64,000 nt of DNA from Tubiluchus corallicola. Taxonomy: Eukaryota; Animalia; Priapulida. The stretch spans positions 682,001 to 746,000 of the forward strand of contig JAQGDQ010000049.1 of the NCBI GenBank assembly GCA_030141605.1. Direction: 5' to 3'. The notes under the pieces were generated by a model. That model worked only from the letters and a program-made list of their open reading frames with translations, was not told the origin of the DNA and ran no database searches. Below are positions 56,901-64,000 of this stretch, piece after piece (positions within the stretch are counted from its first letter, which is position 1; every line of letters begins with the position of its first letter). The translations under genes and the position numbers were made by a program.

Positions 56901-59397
56901 TGTTTTCAAACCGCCAGTCTTTACGTTGCTAAGAACTAAACTACTGTGTGATAGTAGGTTAGACACTGACCCGTAAAAGCCAAGCATTGGCCTGAAGTAA
57001 TTTCCATCAAGTAATTTCTATTCTGTACGTGTTTTCTTACACCTTTACGTTTACTAAACCTAGGTGAAGAAATAATTGAGAATGCTTTGCTAATATTATA
57101 CGAAAAAAAAATTTGTTTTAACTGTAGGTGTTCGTTCCACGTAGGGAAAAAGTTAAATGAGTTGAACCGCGTGACCTCGCAAAGTTTTGTCATCACCTAC
57201 TTACCGCACCTGCAAACTAATTGCGATGCATACCTATGTTATTACCGTCCATGGTATTATATGTCTGATCACTGTAGTGCAAGTATTAGGTCGTTATTGC
57301 GTAATCTGTGATAAAAATCTAAATGCTTTGTAATATAAATGATGGATCTACTAATTGTCAAATCTAGAGCAATGTAAAACTAGTTGATGACAGACACTGT
57401 CATCTAGAGTAGATGGACAGAATAGGCAGGTTTCTTGGATTTTAAACCCATGGGTGAGTTTTCTAGAATTAAAATGCTGCGTATAATTGTTTTATTTTAT
57501 TTACGTCTTATTTCAGGCAAATAAGAGTAGACATAAATTATTATAATATTAAAAAGAAAGAAATGCCATTTATGCATTAAAAGACATGCAATTTATAAAA
57601 ACTCTATTCGGTAAAAAAACTACACACACACTAAAAATCTAAATAATGAAAATGTATACATAAAAATTACATGAATGATTAAAAAACTAATTATTATAAG
57701 TTCATAGATCGCGTTAAAATAAAACTCCAGTACTAATATAGTCCCAGTAGCTCCGAGTAAGCGTATAAATAAGGTTATGGGACCATATGAAAATAGTTCC
57801 ATTTTAACCCCAAAATTGCTTCCCTTTGGAACTTTGGTGATACTATGATAACCCTACAAAAATTCAAGACTTGTGTAATAGCTTTACTCAGCCTTTCCAT
57901 CAAGACGTGTGTAACCGGATGTCAGTGAACGTAGCATTAGAAACTAACTTTTGTTCAGTTTGAATAATTCAGACCCACAACAGCCACAGGCGAAAGTTTT
58001 CATTATTTAACAATAAATATTTCTCATTTAACACGCTTGTATCTCTCTTCTGTGGCAGACGTCTGTAGTTTATTAGGGCTTTTAGTCGCTTTAGTCTAAC
58101 AACAAAGGTTCTAGTCTACTGAACGTCGACTGTTGTCACGCAAAGTCGGCCATTGACACAGTTTTGCTCTTTGCACAAATTGAAAACGTCGTTCGCCACT
58201 CTGTAGAGGTGAAATTCTTTCTCAGACTTAATTAGCCGAAAACCTATGCTTCATCGAATCCTATTTGAACTCTAACTGTAGTCACAGATCACAGAATAGT
58301 CTACAGAATGTATTATAGCTAAAGACCTGAGGTTGACATCGTGATAGGACGTACATAGGCCTACTAACACATTTTATGTTTAATTGTTTTATCTGTTTTT
58401 TCATACGTAAGTTGTTAAGCTGAACTGAAATCACTGTATTTGTATACTTGAAATGAATAATAAACTAAATTACTACTCAATAGGTAAACAGGCAGCATCG
58501 AGGAGGAGAGTCACGCTGTTCATCTTGCGAAATGGTGACATTCCGTTAATGGTGTAATTTGAAATTTGAAAATAAATTAACCTTTTTTCACTCACAAATT
58601 ATATATGTGACTAATGTTACATTACTTAGAATACCAAATAACTTAATTATAAACTGCAGATAGATTACAGGTCATAGAATAATGGTACTGTCACACAAAT
58701 CTCTCCAGTCTCCACACAATAACAGGCATACAAGTTATTACAGGTGCAATTGATCAAAAGAAGAGTGCGCGTTAAAGACAAAATATTTAATGTAAATTAC
58801 TAAGCAGTTTAATTATATCAAATTTTAAACTCAGGTTCAGCTTCGAATTGCTCACAAATTTTGGTCAAATTTTATTTGAAAAAATTAATAATCCTGGTGT
58901 TATATCTTTGCTATAAATTTATTTCAATTTTAATTTAATTTTTTATTTTATTTTAGTTCAGTTTAGTTTTTTTAATTAGCTAAGCTTTTACTTAAAGTCT
59001 TGCCTAACCTTTAGTGCTAAATTATGGGAATATTGCAAAAAATAAAACTGTAACAAATTTTATTACAGTCCACAGCATTTCCTTGTTTTACCGATTTTTG
59101 TTCCTTGCAAAATTTCACGTAGGAATGTATGGTTTAAGGTTCCAACGTGCCTCAAAAGTTGTGGACAACTTGTTACGCATTTATACACAGCTACAAACGT
59201 ACGATGCAGACGCATTTTTACCAACAAGATGCAAGTTAAAATTGCTTTCCCTTCAATGCTACATGTGCTGACTTTTTTCCCTTGCCACTAAGTAACAGTT
59301 AAGTTGAAATTGCAAATGATTACACAACTTTCTTACCTAATTTTCCTTACAAACCTTAACCTAAGAAACTCGTCTCAATACTTTTTGTTTTTAATAG

Positions 59398-59576
59398 ATA
59401 TTGATCTCAGATGTGATATGGACAAGAATCAAATGATAATCCGGGCAGAATTTGCAGGACCATTTACAGGATATCTATACGCCAAGGGATTTTACGAAAC
59501 CCGCAACTGTCGAGCCCTGGGAACCGGGTCCAGATTCATTGATTTCGTCATACCACTAGATGGCTGTGGGACAGCG
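59398..59576 (+). CDS. ZP-domain gene, coding exon 3 (ZP-N first half: NIDLRCDMDKNQMIIRAEFAGPFTGYLYAKGFYETRNCRALGTGSRFIDFVIPLDGCGTA)
   Basis: Acceptor tttttgtttttaatag, donor GTAAGA at 59577, 179 nt. The pattern C..M.I..F..PF.G.LY.KG.....C ... I.L..CG is the cuticlin/dusky-type ZP-N signature. Confidence 0.9.
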
Positions 59577-59916
59577 GTAAGAGTGTTAGATTATTACTAT
59601 GTTTTAATGGTCACATCCCACTATAGGGTGTCCTCCAAAATTATTGTTCGCGTACTGGTAACCATGATCATACTTGGCTGCCATAACAAAACGAAAATGA
59701 CAATCATGTTAATAAGAACTTGAACATAAATTTGTAAAATAATGTACATACATACAAAATAATGTTTCAAAAATTTGTATAATTTTACAAATTAACTGCA
59801 GAACATGTATGAAATTAATACGATACAATAACCTGCATTAAAAAATCATAATTCAAAACAACCATAAAACCATTTATTCCACGTTAAAGCATTTTTGCGC
59901 ATTGTTCTTGTTACAG

Positions 59917-60071
59917 CCTGGAGGAAGAGGCACAACTGGCTTCAGCAACACCATTGTTATAATGAATGAAGCTGAGTGGGGACTTCTGGGAATGATGGAC
60001 GTGTCCTACTCCGTAGCCTGCACGTTTGGTGGTGACAGCGTGCAGCGATTTGATTGGGGGTTCACGGTGCC
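59917..60071 (+). CDS. ZP-domain gene, coding exon 4 (ZP-N second half: PGGRGTTGFSNTIVIMNEAEWGLLGMMDVSYSVACTFGGDSVQRFDWGFTVP)
   Basis: Acceptor ttcttgttacag, donor GTAAGT at 60072, 155 nt (phase 0 to 2). It has the NTIVI motif and D..Y.V.C supplying the fourth ZP-N cysteine. Confidence 0.9.
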
Positions 60072-60696
60072 GTAAGTAACTGTAAATTTATCTTCACAAC
60101 AGCGTGCTTTCTTACATGCACCCAACTGTCCTACGTATTTTGGTCTCACTATTGCACATTTCGTTTGTAAATATAGCTAATTTATTATTGGTTAACTTGA
60201 AATTTTCTTTATTTTACTATGTAGTTGTTGTTAAAATTGAAAATGAACTGAATTTCTATTTATTTCGGAAGCTAGTACACAAAACACAGCTACATAAATA
60301 AATACAAGCATAAAACGGTACTAAAACAAATTTAAAAGTTTATTTGCAATATAATACATGAGTATGATTAGGTATTTACAAATAAAATCGTTTTCTATTT
60401 GCTAAAAATATAAAAATTCTTACTAATAATCAGAATTTAAAGATTAGTATTAAAAGATTAATATAGTGATCTAATCGATTTTTAAAAGAATAAACAACTT
60501 TCCGTATGATTACGTCAAAGCGCTCAATTTACAAGTTGATACACATTTGACTAGTGTTGCAATCATGGGGCGATAAAAATAGCTTCCTTCTAACTATTTA
60601 AATGGTTACTTGTTATAGGTAACTTTCAATTCTTTAATAATATAGGCTTTGTAACTTCTCTACAATGGTATACCATAGACACTTGTGCAATAAGTT

Positions 60697-63147
60697 TTAA
60701 ACCATGGACCAGCCAGACCTCGTCCTGTTAGGAGAGCTCCCGATCGACCCGCTAACCGCCAAAAACGCAGGAGGGAAAGGTGTAAGACGTACCAGAGACT
60801 GCATCAAAGAGACAGACGCAAGCTTGCGAACGTCGTACTCGATGATGCACCCCTGGAAGTCAAGTATCCTCCCATTGACTGCATAGAGCAAACGTACATC
60901 CAGAGATTCGAGAAACCTTCCCTACCGGACGACGAACCCATCGAGGACTTCAAACCGTGTGAAGATCCAGACAGCCTCTGTGCTCCCATAGCACAAGAGG
61001 AAGTGGCAAAAACATTCAAAGCCATGAAGTCCAATTCATTTCCCGGTCCGGATAGGGGGGTCATGATGCAAGCCCTCCGGAGGGTAAGCAAGGGTGCGAT
61101 AACCCTTGTCTTCAAGGTATGGCAATTCCTAAAGAAGGTCCCAAACAGCCTGAAGGAATGCCGTACCACCCTCCTCCCCAAGTCTGCTGAGGGCTTGCAG
61201 GACGTCAGTAACTGGCGGCCTATCACAATCGGATCCCTATTGCTCAGGTGGTATGCCAAGATTCTAACCACCAGAATCCAGGCAACGGTCAAGCTCAACC
61301 CACTCCAGAGAGCCTTCCAACCAAGAGACGGCTGTTCCGAAAACCTGACTCTCCTAAACACCGTGATTCGGCATGCCCGAGCAAGTCATAGGGAATTAAA
61401 CATCGCATTCCTCGACTTAGCAAAGGCGTTCGACACGGTTCTTCACACCTCGATCGTGAGGGCAATGCGAAGGTTCGGCCTTCCAGAGCAGGTTCAGCAA
61501 ATCATTGGGGATATGTATACGGGTGCTGCTACACGGATATCGATACCAGAAGCAAATACCCGCCGTATTAGCATCACGTCAGGTGTTAAGCAGGGATGCC
61601 CGCTATAACCCCTGCTTTTCAACCTGGTAATCGACGAACTGATCTCGAAAGTCGGTTCTCGATTTGGCTATGGGATCGACGAGCACCAAGTGGCTATAGT
61701 TGGTTTTGCCGACGACCTAGTCCTAATGTCAGGCTCAAAACATGGCATGGGAGTTTTGTTGGAGACAGCCAATGGCTTCTTCACGAAACGAGGCATGGCT
61801 TTAAACGCCAACAAATGCAAAGCCATGAGACTAGTCAAGGCATACCGGCGAAAGGCTATGAAAGTGCTAATAGAACCCACATGGGAGATCAGCCAGACTC
61901 CTATTCCAATGCTGGGAGTCAGTGACGCATACAAATACCTGGGAATTCCTATGACTGCTAAGGGACGACCCACCATGGACACCAAGTCCCTTAAAGCATG
62001 GCTTATAAGAGTGGAAGGGGCACCACTCAAACCTCAACAAAAGGTGGATATGATCAGACAATATGTGATTCCGCGTTTGACATACCACTTCCGTATATGT
62101 GAGGTTCATATGAATGGCCTCAAGGGAGCAGACAGGCTTATAAGATCAAGCCTAAAAAGTATACTTCATATGGCGACGGATGTCCCGAATGCATTCTTCT
62201 ACATGCCAATGAAGAAGGGAGGGCTGGGATTTTCTTGACTTGAAAAGGATGTTCCTTTGATGAATGTCAAGATGCTCAGCCGATTGCAGGCCTCACCAGA
62301 TCCGCTGGTGAACATGAGTGCATCTGCTCCAGTGTGGAATAGGGAGCTTGCGTGGGCTAAGAGGGTGGCGAGCCTCGAAGCCTACAGTAACGCAAAAGAC
62401 ATAAATCGTGCAAAAAGGGATAACGATCGCAAACATCTATCGGCATTCAACGGTAAAGTGCATGGGAAGGGTTTTGCAGCCGTGTCTGCTGACCCACTGA
62501 GTACCCATTACCTACGTAGCAGCACACTCCTGAGCGGGGGTGATTATATCTTGGTTCTCAAGATGATCACCAACTCTCTACCAGTTGGAGTTAACACCAC
62601 GAGAGGACAACCCAATGCAATCAGGAGATGTCGCAGGTGCGGGAGACATGCAGAGAGTCAGGTTCACATACTTCAACAGTGCATAACAGTAAACAATGCC
62701 ATATCACGAAGGCACAATGCACTGTGCGAGGTGCTCGCCGAAGCCTTGAAGGGGCAGGGCTTTACGGTCGTCAGGGAACCTTGGTTCGAGATCAACAGAA
62801 CAAGGTACCACCCAGACATCCTGGCGACCAAAGGTGGTCATACGTACGTTATCGATCCGACCATCTCGGTAGCAGGAAACATCTACTCGCTTAGGGCCAG
62901 GTGCAGGGACAAGGCCCTGAAGTACGAACCGATCCTCGATGCCGTCAAACAGCGGTGCGGCTCTGCCACTGCCTCGTCGCACGGCATCTGTGTGGGCTTT
63001 CGTGGGGAATGGGCAGGAGGAGAGAACGACGTTCTCCTGAAGACACTCGGTCTTCTGAACGTCAGAGCCAAACTAGTCCGCTCGGCGATTAGAGGCTCAT
63101 GTATGGTGTTTAGAAAGTTCCTGGGAAGGCAAAGGAGGGAGACCTAG
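60697..63147 (+). pseudogene. R2-like RT/RLE ORF, one reading frame (817 codons) with two premature stops and no N-terminal zinc-finger/Myb region
   Basis: Track ORFs 61003, 61690 and 62257 share one frame, which is open from 60697. Stops are TAA at 61606-61608 (GVKQGCPL*PLLFN, expected S) and TGA at 62236-62238. Motifs: TYQRLHQRDRRKLANVVLD, PGPD, WRPITIGSLLLR, QRAF..DGCSEN, FLDLAKAFDTV, FADDLVL, YKYLG, PLKPQQK, GGLG, CRRC..ESQVHILQQC, RHN, PDIL...VIDPT, KALKY, GFRGEW. Confidence 0.92.
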
Positions 63148-63444
63148 GTCATCTCCTGCGCAGGATGTTACGACTCGAGTTCTTACATCCAAACGTGTGA
63201 AAGGTTTATACCTAGGGGAAATCCGACTACTCTATGAGTAGCCGGTGGATACCGTACCTTTACGGTATCGAAAAGGCGAGTTTTGTTGGGTCTGGAGAAA
63301 TCCAGTTCCCACGGAATTGACGGATGCCGTATCTTTACGGAAGAATTTGGAATTTGGCAAGTTTGACTCGAGTCAAAAGGCAACACACAGGTGAACAGAT
63401 CCGACGCTTGTGAAATCTGACAAAATAAAAAAATAAAAATAAAA
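60697..63444 (+). mobile_element. 5'-truncated RLE-type non-LTR retrotransposon, R2-like, inserted in the ZP-gene intron (sense orientation)
   Basis: There is an abrupt GC-rich block carrying an RT + CCHC + RLE ORF. The 3' UTR runs 63148-63421 and is followed by an A-rich tail (AAAAT repeats). The direct repeat AATAAGTT at 60689-60696 and 63445-63452 is the probable TSD. Confidence 0.93.
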
Positions 63445-63784
63445 AATAAGTTAGGTTGTGGTGTTATTCTTATTGCCTTTGTTATAGTGGTTGTTATTGA
63501 TACTGTCATTGCTTTTGCGTTATTGTTGAGTTTGACTATGACAATAGTGATATTGTTGACGGTCATGGTGACAGTGATGACATTATTAGCAGTGGTGGTC
63601 ATGTTTTCAGCTGAATGACATAGCTGTGACGTTAATCAATGTCTATTACTGTTGCTGTAGTTGTTACGAGCAATCTCGTTGCTTCTACAAGTAAAAATTG
63701 AAATCAATTCGAAGTTTTCATCGGCCTAAATAAAAAGTCAATGTAAATTTGGCAAACATGCAGCTCGAATCTATGAATTTTCAG

Positions 63785-63933
63785 GATGATCACTACGCAA
63801 GGGAGTGTAACCACAGCTATAGGAGCGCCTTCCTGTTCGATGAAAATTGTTTCAGGAAAAGACCCGCTCTCTCAGCCGACAACTTTGTTGTTTCTTGGAG
63901 ACATTGCTACCATGGTATTTGAAACAACATCAG
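63785..63933 (+). CDS. ZP-domain gene, coding exon 5 (linker and ZP-C start: MITTQGSVTTAIGAPSCSMKIVSGKDPLSQPTTLLFLGDIATMVFETTS); gene continues beyond the window
   Basis: Acceptor ttttcag ends at 63784, donor GTTAGC at 63934, 149 nt. The phase-2 join is in frame with exon 4. P.C.M.I..G.DP...P....LGD..T is the typical start of ZP-C in cuticlin/dusky-like proteins. Confidence 0.85.
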
Positions 63934-64000
63934 GTTAGCTACTCGTTTAATGATGGGTTTCCACATGGAGCTGAAGGCCTACTTTGGTCTATGTTATGCT

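Noticed and set aside
59304-59723. 139-aa ORF as a single-exon gene
   Set aside because: Only 59398-59576 is ZP-like and bounded by splice sites. The rest is intron read-through.
61606-62238. In-frame TAA and TGA as programmed readthrough, selenocysteine or an alternative genetic code
   Set aside because: The two stop types differ, TAA replaces a conserved Ser codon by a single change, and the GPCR ends in a standard TAA. Ordinary post-insertion mutations explain them.
60804-63092. Antisense and alternate-frame ORFs within the retrotransposon
   Set aside because: These are shadow ORFs of GC-richer coding sequence with no recognisable motifs.
63220-63310. Hammerhead or other self-cleaving ribozyme in the 3' UTR
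   Set aside because: No CUGANGA core is paired with GAAA in the right topology on either strand. The R2 HDV-like ribozyme would be at the 5' end, which is missing.

Overview
AT-rich, microsatellite- and transposon-relic-rich genomic DNA from an invertebrate animal, probably a protostome. This is not prokaryotic sequence. Two host genes are supported. (1) An intronless class A neuropeptide GPCR of the sex peptide/myoinhibitory peptide (allatostatin B) receptor family at 33336-34475 (+). (2) A spliced, signal-peptide-bearing ZP-domain (cuticlin/dusky-like) gene (+) that the ORF track misses. I assembled five phase-consistent coding exons by hand (48278-48304, 53875-53944, 59398-59576, 59917-60071, 63785-63933), and the gene continues past the window end. 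The most notable feature is a young, 5'-truncated R2-like RT + RLE non-LTR retrotransposon (60697-63444). It sits in the intron between the ZP-N and ZP-C exons rather than in 28S rDNA, and has an 8-bp target-site duplication, a hairpin-rich 3' UTR, only two nonsense codons and no frameshifts. The rest consists of decayed CR1/L2/RTE LINEs, tRNA-derived SINEs, MITE-like elements, a 33-bp minisatellite and simple repeats. All family assignments come from motif recognition by eye; no database search was run.
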